Position numbers and translations under genes: made by a program. A DNA stretch of 64,000 bases from Candidatus Tectimicrobiota bacterium (GTDB taxonomy: Bacteria > UBA8248). The stretch covers positions 204,277-268,276 of the forward strand of contig JACPUR010000013.1 of assembly GCA_016192135.1 (NCBI GenBank). Reading direction: 5' to 3'. How positions within the stretch are numbered: the stretch's first letter is position 1; each line of letters opens with the position of its first letter. A model generated the notes under the pieces. It saw nothing but the letters and a program-made list of their open reading frames with translations. It was not told the DNA's origin and searched no databases. Of the stretch, positions 1-9,273 are shown piece by piece.

Positions 1-3000
1 AGGTCGATGTCGGCCAAGGTGAGCGTGAGGGAGTTCCCCCCAGTGGAGAGCGTCATGCCGGCCGCCACGGTGAGAGAGCCCGCCCCGTCGTTGTTGGTGT
101 CGGCGTTGCTCGACGTCGCTCCCGCCGTGGTGAGGCTGTCATTGACCGTCACGCCGCCCGCGGCGTTCAGCGTGAGCGCGCCGGCCCCGACGATGCCCCC
201 CGTCGTGGCGTCCAGGGTGAGGGCCCCGGCCGAGGTGAGGGTCACCCCCGCCGCGATCCGGAGGTCGTTGTTGGCCTCCGCTCCACCGCTATTGCTGTTG
301 TTGGCGTCCCCGTCCAGGGTGAGAGCACCCGTGTCCGTCGTCAGGCTGGCGTTGACGCTGACGCGGTCGTTGGCGTTGACCGCCAGGGTCTTGAACGTCG
401 AGGCCGTGGTCTGGAAGGTCACCGCGCCCCCCGCTGCCGTGGCGTTGAGGGTGACGGTCCCGGAGATGCCGGCGAGGCTCAGCGCGGTGATGCCGTCCAC
501 GGTGAGAGTAGTGGTGTTGGCCCCCCCGATGGTCAGTCCCGTGGCCGTGATGTTCTGAAGCTCGTCCCCCGAGATCGCGAGCCCGACCGCCGCTCCCCCG
601 AGGCTGATCGTCCCCGCCGAGGAGCGCGAGATCGTCGTGGCCGCCGCGCCGCTGTTCAGGCTCCCGGTCCCCTGGAGGTCGAGGTCGGCGACGGTGATGG
701 TCAGAGGGTTCCCCCCGGTCGAGAGCGTCATGCCGGCCGCCACGGTGAGGGTTCCCGCCCCGTCGTTGTTGGTGTCGGCGTTGACCGCCGTCGCCCCCGC
801 CGTGGTCAGGCTCTGGTTCAAAGTCACGCCGGCCAGGGCGTTCACGTTCAAAGCGCGGTTGACCGTCGAAGCTAACCCCGAAAAGGTTACCGTCCCCCCC
901 GCGCCGGTGGCGTTCAGCGTCAGCGGCCCGGTGACGGTATTGAGGTCGGCCACCGCGAGGTTGTTCACCGTCAGCCCGGTGGTGTTCGCCCCCCCGATGG
1001 TGAGCCCGCTCGCCGCCGTGATGCTCGCTAACTGCGCCTTGCTGAGGGTCATGTTCGCCCCCGCGGCGTCGCCTAGGCCGATCGTCCCCGACGAGGCGAG
1101 GGTCACGGAGCCCGCGCTGTTGAGCGTGCTGTTGAGCGCAATGTTGGTGGCTGAGATCGAGAGGTTCCCCGTGTCGGTCGTAACGCCGACGTTCATCGTG
1201 GCCGCGCCGGTGGCGTTCACCGACAGGGCGTTGAAGGTCGAGGCCGCGGTCTGGAAGGTCACCGCGCCCCCCGCCGCCGTGGCCTCGAGGGTGAGCGTGC
1301 CCGAGACATTGTTGCTGTTCGCCTCCGAGATGTTGTCCACCGTGATCGCGGTGGTGTTGGTTCCCCCGATGGTCAGCCCCGTCGCCGTGATTTTCGCCAG
1401 CTCGATCTTGTCGAGGATCAAGCCCACCGCGCCGTCACCAAGAGTGATCGTCCCCGCCGAGGAGCGGGAGATGGTGACGGAGCCCGCGCCGGTGTTCACC
1501 GTGCCCACAAGGGCGAGGTCGGCGGCGGAGATGGTGAGGGAACCGCCTCCCGGCGCGGTGAGGTTGTCGTTCAGCGTGACGATGCCCGTGGCGCTAAGGG
1601 TGTGGGCGCCTGCCCCGTCCAGGACGATGCCGCCGGTCGTGGCGTCGAGCGTGAGGGCCCCGGCCGAGGTGAGAGTGACTCCCGCCGCGATTTGGATGTC
1701 GTTGTTCGGGACCCCGGCGTTGTCCGCATTCCCGTCCAGGGTGAGGGCGCCGGTGTCCGTCGTCAGGCTGGCGTTGACGCTGACCCGGTCGTTGGCGTTG
1801 ACCGCCAGGGCGTTGAACGTCGAGGCCATCCCCGAGAAGGTCACCTGGCCGTTCGCCGCCGTGGCCTCGAGGGTGAGCGTGCCGGAGATGTTGTTGCTGT
1901 TCGCCTCCGCGACGTTGTCCACCGTGATCTTGGTGGTGTTGGTGCCGCCCAGGGTGAGGCCATTCGCCTTGATGCGCTTGAGCATGGCCCCGCTGAGGGT
2001 CATGTCCCCCCCGGCCGCCCCGAGGCCGATGGTGCCGAGGGTCGAACGCCGGATGGTGGTCGCGGCCGTCCCGCTGTCCAGGCTCACGTTGCCGTTGAGG
2101 CTGAGATTGGCCGCCGTGACGGTCAGGGTGTTGTTCCCCGTGGACAGCGATCCGTTCGGCGCCGCAACGGTGAGGGTGCCGATGCCGTCAGCGTTCGTGT
2201 CGGCGTTGACGGTGGAGGCGGCGGCCCCGGCGACGGCGTTGGAGATGGTCACGCCGTTGCGCCCGTTGAGAGTGATGCCTCCGCCGCCATTCGTGTTCAG
2301 CCCGCCGACTGTGACAGTGGCTCCGTCAATGCGGATACTGGCCCCATTGGTCCGGATGGTGTCGCCGATATTCATCGTGAAGGCGCCGGCGCCGTTGCCA
2401 TCCGCGTCCGCCGTGAAAACCACCGACGCCGTGGCCCCCAGAGCCAGCAGGTTGTCGTCGAGGTTGCTGATCGTGATGTTGTTGTTTGCTTGGAGGATAA
2501 TGGTAGCCTGAATCAGCCCTTCGAGCGCGGTTTCCGAGATGGTGTAGGGAGTTGGAGGAGTGGCAGCAAGAATGATGCCGCCTTGTGCCACTAGATCCAA
2601 GTCTTGCGCGCCGCCACCGCCGTCAACGATATTGATGTCGTCGGGATCCAGCAAAAGCGTGCCCGTCCGGCCCTTGGGCGCGCGGGTGTCCACCCATCCC
2701 CGGAAGGCGAGGTCCTGCTTGCCCGAGACCTCGACGAAGCCGCCGTCCCCGCCCGAGGGCCCGCCCCGGGCGGTGATGGAGCCGGCGAACCAGGTGGTCC
2801 CGTCGGCCCAGACGATGACCTTGCCGCCGTCGCCGAGCGTCAGGGCGTCGGCGGTGAGGGAGGCGCCGGGGGCCACGTAGGTGACGGCGGCGGTGGGGAT
2901 GGCTCCCTTGCCCTGGTAGTCGCCCCCGATGAGGGCGGTCCCGCCTCCCCCATCCCCCGAGACGTCGATGAGGGCCCCGCCGAAAAGCCCGATCCTGTTG

Positions 3001-3941
3001 CCCAGCACCTCGACCCGCCCGCCCCGCTGCCCCGCCTGCTTGCCGGAGGCGTCGAGGGCGCCCGAGACGCGGACGATGCCCTCGTCCCCGCCGGCGAGGA
3101 TGATCTCGCCGTTTCTCTGGACGGCCGTCCTGGCCTCGACGACGCCGCTCAGGTTGATGACGTTGTCGACGATGCCCTTCGCGGCCTGGGCGGTGAGGAG
3201 GATGGTGCCGCCCTCGGCGCTGATGCGCCCGGAGTGGGCGAGGAGGTCGGCGACGGGCGTCCCGTCCGGCCCCGTCATCTTCTCCAGGACCTTGCCGTCC
3301 GCGGCGAGCTGGATGAGCCGGTCCCCGTAGAGGTCGAGGGTGAAGGTGAGACCCGCCCCCAGCGCGACGCGCCCCAGGCGGGCCTCGATGACCCCGGAGT
3401 TCTCCACCCACGGCGCCACCAGGGCGACGAGGCCGCCCTCGGCCGCGGTGATGGTTCCGCGGTTGATGACGTAGCCGCCGCCCGCGCCCGGCGTCTTGAA
3501 GCTGTACCGGCCGGCCAGGAAGTCGTCGTTGCGGATGTCCGAGGTGGTGGCGACCAGGCCGTTGACGTCGATCCGCGCGGATTGCCCGAACAGGATGCCG
3601 TTGGGGTTGACGAGGAAGAGGTTGCCGTTGGCGGTGAGCCGGCCGTGAATCTCGGAGACGTTGCCTCCGGTCACGCGGTTGAGTGTGACGGAGGAGGCCG
3701 AGGGCTGCTGGAAGTCGGCGTGCTCGCCGGCGCCGATGCTGAACGAGCGCCAGTCGATGATCGCCTTCTGGGTGCCCTGAACGACGTTGAGGCGCTTAGG
3801 GGAGGGCTGCTCGATCCGGGCGGAGCCCGCGATCAGCCGCCCCCCCATGGGGTTGGCGCGTGCGGCGGGGGACGCGAGCAGGCTCGCCGCAAACACGGCG
3901 GCCCCCGCCCGCCGGGCGAGCCCGGCCCGGCGGGGGGACAT
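1..3941 (-). CDS. TpsA: filamentous haemagglutinin/HMW1-like two-partner secreted exoprotein, 3'-truncated by the window edge (>1300 aa)
   Basis: Translated by hand; absent from the ORF track because there is no stop in the window. ATG at 3941 with AGGAG upstream (in-frame alternative ATG at 3983). Signal-like N-terminus (MSPRRAGLARRAGAAVFAASLLASPAARA-NP), then TPS motifs AIIDWRSFSI, TLNRVTGG, LFLVNPNGILFG, GGFVEVSG, GTLLLDP, then G/T/A/N-rich beta-helix-like repeats. Frame at base 3 matches the start. Confidence 0.92.
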   Translation of the reverse strand, partial: MSPRRAGLARRAGAAVFAASLLASPAARANPMGGRLIAGSARIEQPSPKRLNVVQGTQKAIIDWRSFSIGAGEHADFQQPSASSVTLNRVTGGNVSEIHGRLTANGNLFLVNPNGILFGQSARIDVNGLVATTSDIRNDDFLAGRYSFKTPGAGGGYVINRGTITAAEGGLVALVAPWVENSGVIEARLGRVALGAGLTFTLDLYGDRLIQLAADGKVLEKMTGPDGTPVADLLAHSGRISAEGGTILLTAQAAKGIVDNVINLSGVVEARTAVQRNGEIILAGGDEGIVRVSGALDASGKQAGQRGGRVEVLGNRIGLFGGALIDVSGDGGGGTALIGGDYQGKGAIPTAAVTYVAPGASLTADALTLGDGGKVIVWADGTTWFAGSITARGGPSGGDGGFVEVSGKQDLAFRGWVDTRAPKGRTGTLLLDPDDINIVDGGGGAQDLDLVAQGGIILAATPPTPYTISETALEGLIQATIILQANNNITISNLDDNLLALGATASVVFTADADGNGAGAFTMNIGDTIRTNGASIRIDGATVTVGGLNTNGGGGITLNGRNGVTISNAVAGAAASTVNADTNADGIGTLTVAAPNGSLSTGNNTLTVTAANLSLNGNVSLDSGTAATTIRRSTLGTIGLGAAGGDMTLSGAMLKRIKANGLTLGGTNTTKITVDNVAEANSNNISGTLTLEATAANGQVTFSGMASTFNALAVNANDRVSVNASLTTDTGALTLDGNADNAGVPNNDIQIAAGVTLTSAGALTLDATTGGIVLDGAGAHTLSATGIVTLNDNLTAPGGGSLTISAADLALVGTVNTGAGSVTISRSSAGTITLGDGAVGLILDKIELAKITATGLTIGGTNTTAITVDNISEANSNNVSGTLTLEATAAGGAVTFQTAASTFNALSVNATGAATMNVGVTTDTGNLSISATNIALNSTLNSAGSVTLASSGTIGLGDAAGANMTLSKAQLASITAASGLTIGGANTTGLTVNNLAVADLNTVTGPLTLNATGAGGTVTFSGLASTVNRALNVNALAGVTLNQSLTTAGATAVNADTNNDGAGTLTVAAGMTLSTGGNPLTITVADLDLQGTGSLNSGAAATTISRSSAGTISLGGAAVGLAISGDELQNITATGLTIGGANTTTLTVDGITALSLAGISGTVTLNATAAGGAVTFQTTASTFKTLAVNANDRVSVNASLTTDTGALTLDGDANNSNSGGAEANNDLRIAAGVTLTSAGALTLDATTGGIVGAGALTLNAAGGVTVNDSLTTAGATSSNADTNNDGAGSLTVAAGMTLSTGGNSLTLTLADID
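30..2210 (-). repeat. Intragenic repeat modules within tpsA
   Basis: About four copies of GTIxLG..ELxxIxAxGLTIGGxNTTxITV..SGTLTLxATAAGGxVTF..ASTFNALxVNA (about 2030-1790, 1450-1210, 1085-830, 610-370). Near-identical DNA blocks at 331-405 vs 1753-1827 and about 33-108 vs 708-783. Confidence 0.85.
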
Positions 3942-4146
3942 GCGGGAGCGTCTCCTGGACAGCCAAAATCCGCATTCGTCCATCGTTCTCGGGCGTGAAT
4001 ACCTCTTTAAATTTTCCTGAACTGAGAATTAACATATTAATCGGCATCCTCTTGAAATACCACGAATTTTGAGGTTTTTCCGGATGATAGAGCTGTTGCG
4101 TTTTGAGAATCCGGGGAGTGATATATCTGGTATTTGCGTTTCAGAT

Positions 4147-5895
4147 TCAGAATCTCATTACGACCCCGAAAAAAAGACGGGGATCATCCCCATCGCCTCC
4201 GCGCGCCGCCACCCCCCGGGTGAGAGGAACGGCGATTTCCAGATGGCCGGAAATCATGTCGGTGATGTTGAGCCGGACTCCCCCGCCCGCCGACGCCAGC
4301 GATTCCCGCCGCCCGCCGCCGCTCGTTGCGCGGTTCCAGACGGCCCCAAAATCGTAGAAGGCGTACAACTGGACGCCCCGGGCGGCCCGAAGACCGAAGG
4401 GCTGATCAAGCCGAAGCTCCGCCTTCAGCGCGATTCCGTGGTCGCCGACAATCTCGGAGGGATCGTAAGCCCGGCCGAACTGCCCGCCCCCCACGCCGAA
4501 TTCTTCGGAGGCGAGGAGCTGGCTGCCTCCGTACTGCCCCTGAAACGACATGAAAAGCGACAATTCCGAGAACAGGTGCTGAAGACGCGACAGTTCCGCC
4601 GTCACTTTGGTGAAGTCGCTTTTCCCATTCTCCCGGGAGAGGTTCGGGGAGCCGGTTTTCGTTTCGCCAAAGATGTCCAAACCTTGGCTCAGGCCCACGT
4701 CCAGCAGGGTCACGCCGCGCAGGCGGTCGGCGAAATCGTAGGTGAAACCGAAGGTGGCGATGCGCAGGCGGTCTTCCGTCAGGCGCTCCCCCAGTATCTC
4801 GCTCTCCGACCGCCGGGCGGTGATCCCGGCCCGCATCAAGAGGTTTTGGGTGCGGGAACGAATGAAGGGCTGAATCAGGGTGAGTGAAACCGCCGTATTC
4901 CGGTTTTCGAACTCAAGCGGCTTCAGGTCATCGCCCGGCTCCGACCGGCTGTGGTTGACGGAAAAGATCGCCTTGGTGCCTTCGGCGCCCAATGGGATCT
5001 CGTGCATGAGCTGGCCGAATCGAAGTTCCTTCGGCGGCAGGGCGTGTATGAACCGCAGATCGGTTCTTTCAAACAGCCCGAAGGCCGAGTTGAAGGCAAG
5101 GCCGTAATAGAGCTGGTGGGGACCGATGAACTCGGTGCCGCGGTTGTCGAAACTGACAAACCCGTCGAAGTTATCCTGGGTGACCTCCAGGATGAGGTCG
5201 GAGGCTCCCGGCTGGGTCTCGGATGGCACGAGCACCGACCGCACGCTCACACCCGGAAGGTCGTTCGCGAGCAGAAGGTAGTGTTCCAGCTCCCCTACCC
5301 GGAGAGGGCGCGACCGCTCGATTTTGCCGGCGTAACTTCTAAGGAGAGCCGATGAGCCAAGTATCTCCCCTTTGATAATGACCTGATTGATGAAACCCTC
5401 GATCACCCTCAGCCGAACTATGCCGCCGCGGATGTGCTGGGGAGGCACGATCACCTGGGAGAGGATGTAGCCATCGTTCCGGTATTTGGCGGTGATGGCC
5501 GCGGCGATCCCGTACACGTCCGCGAGCGAAATCTCTTTTCCTAAGTGATGCTCGTAGAACCGCAGAAAATCAGAATCTTTATAGACGGTGGAGCCTTCGA
5601 CCACCACTCCGGCGAGGGCGAAGCGTATCTTCCCGGCCTCGCCCGGGGGAAGCGCCCGCTCCGCCGGCGGGACCACCGGCTCGATCGCCGATCGCGGCCT
5701 CTTGGGCGCTTCGAACCGCTCTTCGATTCGCCCAGGCTCCACAGTGGGAGGTACCGCCTGAGCGGAAGCTTCTTTCATGCCCAGCGCGGTCGAGAGCGCG
5801 ACAAGAACCGTCATCCAACAAAAAAAGCGGGTCGACCCTGTGCCAGAGCTGCGAGATTTCAGGCGGCTGGCGGTGTACAAAACGGCTCCGTACAC
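4147..5895 (-). CDS. TpsB: ShlB/FhaC/HecB-family outer-membrane secretion/activation protein
   Basis: POTRA-like segment (YRNDGYILSQVIVPPQ..GIVRLRVIEG), DNRGT, loop motif QLLASEEFGVGGGQFGRAY, FYDFG, C-terminal Phe. Directly upstream of tpsA. Start uncertain (GTG 5895 or ATG 5814). Confidence 0.93.
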   Translation of the reverse strand: MYGAVLYTASRLKSRSSGTGSTRFFCWMTVLVALSTALGMKEASAQAVPPTVEPGRIEERFEAPKRPRSAIEPVVPPAERALPPGEAGKIRFALAGVVVEGSTVYKDSDFLRFYEHHLGKEISLADVYGIAAAITAKYRNDGYILSQVIVPPQHIRGGIVRLRVIEGFINQVIIKGEILGSSALLRSYAGKIERSRPLRVGELEHYLLLANDLPGVSVRSVLVPSETQPGASDLILEVTQDNFDGFVSFDNRGTEFIGPHQLYYGLAFNSAFGLFERTDLRFIHALPPKELRFGQLMHEIPLGAEGTKAIFSVNHSRSEPGDDLKPLEFENRNTAVSLTLIQPFIRSRTQNLLMRAGITARRSESEILGERLTEDRLRIATFGFTYDFADRLRGVTLLDVGLSQGLDIFGETKTGSPNLSRENGKSDFTKVTAELSRLQHLFSELSLFMSFQGQYGGSQLLASEEFGVGGGQFGRAYDPSEIVGDHGIALKAELRLDQPFGLRAARGVQLYAFYDFGAVWNRATSGGGRRESLASAGGGVRLNITDMISGHLEIAVPLTRGVAARGGDGDDPRLFFGVVMRF

Positions 5896-6146
5896 CCGGG
5901 CGGGGATTCTTGAGAAACGGCTGCTGTCCTTATTTTACGAAAGCTTAACACAACAATCCGCCTTTAGGGCGCTCCCAAGAGCCATATTTCCCCTCTTGAC
6001 ATCCTCAGTACGATCTATCGTCACGCCCCTACCGCTAGGGTGGACGCCTGCGCCGGATGCCGCCGCGGGAGATGTCATTCCCTCGCTCCTGGGATGACCG
6101 CGACAGCGATGTTCTTCCTAGATGGTCAATTGAATTCGTTCGCTTC

Positions 6147-7337
6147 CTACGGCAACTTTTGGGCCGCCGTGAGGACGTGAACCACGTCGGACGCCAAGTG
6201 AAGAAAGACGGTCATGTCACGCATGATCTTCTCGACGGGCGCATCGCGCATGACGCCCATCCCTCCGAAAATCTCCACCGCCTGCTGAGCCACCTTGATG
6301 CAGGCCTCGGTCGTGAAAACCTTCAGGAGCTGCTTCGAAGCCGAATCGAAAGCGGCTCCTTTCTCCATGCAGCCCTCGACCACGCGGAACAAATACCCCC
6401 GCCCCGCCTCAAGACGCATGTACATGTCGGCCAGCTTGAGGGCGACCCCCTGATGCCCGATGATAGGGCGGCCTCCCTGGACGCGGTTCCGCGCGTGCTC
6501 GAGGGCATGCTCGAAGGCGGCCTGCGCCATCCCAAGCATGTTTGCGGCGAGCTCGACGTCGTTGAATCCCGAGACATTCTCCTGCCGGACGCTCTTCCCC
6601 TTGTTGACTTCCCCAAGGCGGTGGGCATCGGGGATGCGGCAATTCTCGAAGATGAGCTCGGCGTTCTGATACGTCCGCCATCCGACCTTGTCGTGGGTTC
6701 GCCCAATCCGGAATCCAGGGGTATCGGCCGGGACGAAAAACATCGTGGTCCCCTTGGCCAGGGGGACTGCCGAGTCGGTCCGCGTCATGATGATATAGAG
6801 TTTAGCCACTCCGCCGTTGGCGATGAAGTGCTTCATGCCGTTCAATATCCAGTCGTTTCCTTGCCGGACGGCCGACAATTTCAAGCCCAGCTTCGGGTCG
6901 CTGGAAGGCCAGCGGTTGTCCGACCCCGCATCAGGCTCGGTGCTTCCCATCCCCAGCAAATAAGCATCGTCGTTCATGAAGGGAGGCAGGAAACGCTCCC
7001 GCTGTTCATCGTTGGCGAGTTCCGTGAGCATGGGGGTCCACTTCCAGCATTGGCTGAAAGTCTTGGCGATGCCTCCATCCCCGCGGGCGAGTTCCAGGAT
7101 GACCAGCGTTTGGCCCATCAGATCCACACCCGGGCCTCCGAACCGCTCGGGCACCGCGAGGGTGCGCAAGCCCAGGGCAGAGCCCTTCCGGATGACGTCC
7201 CAACAGATGGTCTCCCGAGGGTTGACGATGCGGTCCCTCTCGGCCGAAATGGGGCGTATCTCTTTTTCGGCGAACTCCCTCGCCAGCTGCTGCAAGGCCA
7301 AGTTTTGTCCGGAGACTTGCGCGACGGCTAGTTCCAT
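6147..7337 (-). CDS. Acyl-CoA dehydrogenase family protein
   Basis: Motifs STEPDAGSD, WILNGMKHFIANG, DKVGWR, RVQGGRPII, GGMGVMRDAPVEKIMRD. ATG 7337 follows GGAGG (ORF track starts at 7355). Confidence 0.92.
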   Translation of the reverse strand: MELAVAQVSGQNLALQQLAREFAEKEIRPISAERDRIVNPRETICWDVIRKGSALGLRTLAVPERFGGPGVDLMGQTLVILELARGDGGIAKTFSQCWKWTPMLTELANDEQRERFLPPFMNDDAYLLGMGSTEPDAGSDNRWPSSDPKLGLKLSAVRQGNDWILNGMKHFIANGGVAKLYIIMTRTDSAVPLAKGTTMFFVPADTPGFRIGRTHDKVGWRTYQNAELIFENCRIPDAHRLGEVNKGKSVRQENVSGFNDVELAANMLGMAQAAFEHALEHARNRVQGGRPIIGHQGVALKLADMYMRLEAGRGYLFRVVEGCMEKGAAFDSASKQLLKVFTTEACIKVAQQAVEIFGGMGVMRDAPVEKIMRDMTVFLHLASDVVHVLTAAQKLP

Positions 7338-7444
7338 TCGATACATCCTCCCCAAGAAGGCTCAACCGCGTTTTGGCGCCGTGAGTGCAGGAACCACGGC
7401 CTCATCAGGCGCAGGTTCGCCTGATTTCGGCGGGTGGCGGCGTC

Positions 7445-9175
7445 TCAGCCGCCCATGTCGTCGGGGTTGGCGATTTTTCTGATCAAAAACATGATGGCCA
7501 GCATCATGATGGTCTGAATCATGGAATAGGCGGCGATCTGGGGCGCCGGGGCATCTTGCAGGAGAAGGAAGAGGATCACGGACATCACCTCGTTCCCCTC
7601 TGAGTACAGCAGGATGGAAGCGTTCAGCTCCCGCATGAAGATGAGGAAGAGCACCATCCAGCCCGAGAGAAGGCCGGGCTTGACGAGGGGAACCAGAATG
7701 CGCCGCGCCGTGGTGAGCCAGCGGGCGCCGCAGAGCCGGGAGCTGTCCTCCAGTTCCTGCGAGAGAGAGAGAAGGATCGCGGAAACGTTTTTCACCCCCA
7801 GGGGAAGGTACCGCGTCACGTAGGCGATGAGAAGGAGCCAGATGGTGCCATAGAGAGGGGTCCGGATGTAGGCGATCAGCACGCCCATGGAGAGGAGAAT
7901 CGCCGGCATGCCGATGGGCATGGATAGAAGGAAATCCAGGACGGCTTTGGATTTTCCCTCCAGATGATGAACCGTATAGGCTAGGACGAAGCACAAGGTC
8001 ATGGCCGCCGTCGCGCCGAAGAATCCAAGAAAGAGGCTGTTGGAGATGCCCCGCTGGGTCAGGGGATAGCTGACCAGGACGTAGAAATAGTGCTCCCAGG
8101 TCAGCCGGCTCAGGTCGATCTGCCCCAGCCACGCCTCGGAGATGGAGACGATGAAAAGAGCCAGGATGGGCAAAATGACGGCCATGAGCAGATAGAGGAA
8201 CTGGAAGGTGAATGTAAGGTACTTCCATTTCCCCAGGTCGATGACCGCCGGCCGGTAGCCCTTTCCCGTGACCGTGGTGAATTCGCGGGGCAGGAGAATC
8301 TTCCGCTGCACCAGGAAGATCGCAAAAGTCGTGAAAAGGACGAACATTCCAAGGGCGGCGCCCAAATTATAGTTCGGCGTGCTCCCCTCGATGGCGCCAT
8401 AGAGGGCGGTGGCGAAGACCTCGATCCGCACCGGAATGCCCAGCGCCGCCGGCACGCTGAACAGCCCCATGCTCGTCACGAAGGTAAGGCTCAGGCCGAA
8501 AAGGATTCCGGGAAGCATGAGTGGCAACGTGACCCGAATCGTCGTCTCCAGCATGCCGGAACCGGCCGTGCGCGCCGCCTCTTCGAGAGCCGGATCCATC
8601 TTCCGGAACGAGCCCACCGTGAACAAGTACATATAGGGGGCATAGAAGAGTCCCATCACCCAGATGATTCCCGTCCTGGAGTAGATGTCGAAAGGTCCCG
8701 AGGCGAGGGCGAATAGGCCGCTCAGCCATTGGTTGAGGAGGCCCACCGAGGGCGAAGCCAGGTACATCCACGCGATGGCGCCGACGAGAGGCGAGAGGTA
8801 GAAGGGGATCAGATTAAAAGGCTCCAGTGCGCGGGCCCCGAAGGAATTGGTCCTCGCGTTGATCCAGGCCAAGGCAATCCCGAGGAAACCCGCGAGGAGG
8901 CAGGTACCGACGGAGATGAGCAATGTGTTGGCGAAGGCCATCAGAAGGCGGGGCTCGATGGCCTTGCGGTAATGCTGGAGAGTGAACCCGATCGCCTCTC
9001 CCCAATCGTCCGTCCGTTGGAAACTCCCGAGGAGCAGGGTGTAGAGCGGGTAAAGGATGAGGAAGGCGGCCAGCAGGGCGGCCAGCCCCATTCCCAGGTG
9101 GGCGAGAGACCAATCCTGCCGCCTCGGCACGAATTGGCGGAGTTCAATCACTTTCGCTGCCCAGGCCAATGCCAC
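7445..9175 (-). CDS. ABC transporter fused permease, Fe3+/thiamine/polyamine (FbpB-like) family
   Basis: About 12 hydrophobic segments with two EAA loops (MDPALEEAARTAG; ELEDSSRLCGA). Confidence 0.9.
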   Translation of the reverse strand: MALAWAAKVIELRQFVPRRQDWSLAHLGMGLAALLAAFLILYPLYTLLLGSFQRTDDWGEAIGFTLQHYRKAIEPRLLMAFANTLLISVGTCLLAGFLGIALAWINARTNSFGARALEPFNLIPFYLSPLVGAIAWMYLASPSVGLLNQWLSGLFALASGPFDIYSRTGIIWVMGLFYAPYMYLFTVGSFRKMDPALEEAARTAGSGMLETTIRVTLPLMLPGILFGLSLTFVTSMGLFSVPAALGIPVRIEVFATALYGAIEGSTPNYNLGAALGMFVLFTTFAIFLVQRKILLPREFTTVTGKGYRPAVIDLGKWKYLTFTFQFLYLLMAVILPILALFIVSISEAWLGQIDLSRLTWEHYFYVLVSYPLTQRGISNSLFLGFFGATAAMTLCFVLAYTVHHLEGKSKAVLDFLLSMPIGMPAILLSMGVLIAYIRTPLYGTIWLLLIAYVTRYLPLGVKNVSAILLSLSQELEDSSRLCGARWLTTARRILVPLVKPGLLSGWMVLFLIFMRELNASILLYSEGNEVMSVILFLLLQDAPAPQIAAYSMIQTIMMLAIMFLIRKIANPDDMGG

Positions 9176-9273
9176 CCCCGCTCAAAGCGGCCTGAGGGAT
9201 GCCCTCGCGCCCATCCACGTCCCCGGCCCGTCCGGGAAGCCCTTGCGGGCCAAGGATGAACCTCCGCTGGCCA

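Noticed and set aside
7..3998. Plus-strand ORFs 7..558, 637..2511, 1602..2594 and 2604..3998
   Set aside because: Antisense shadows of the minus-strand tpsA; their low-complexity V/A/P/R composition mirrors its codons.
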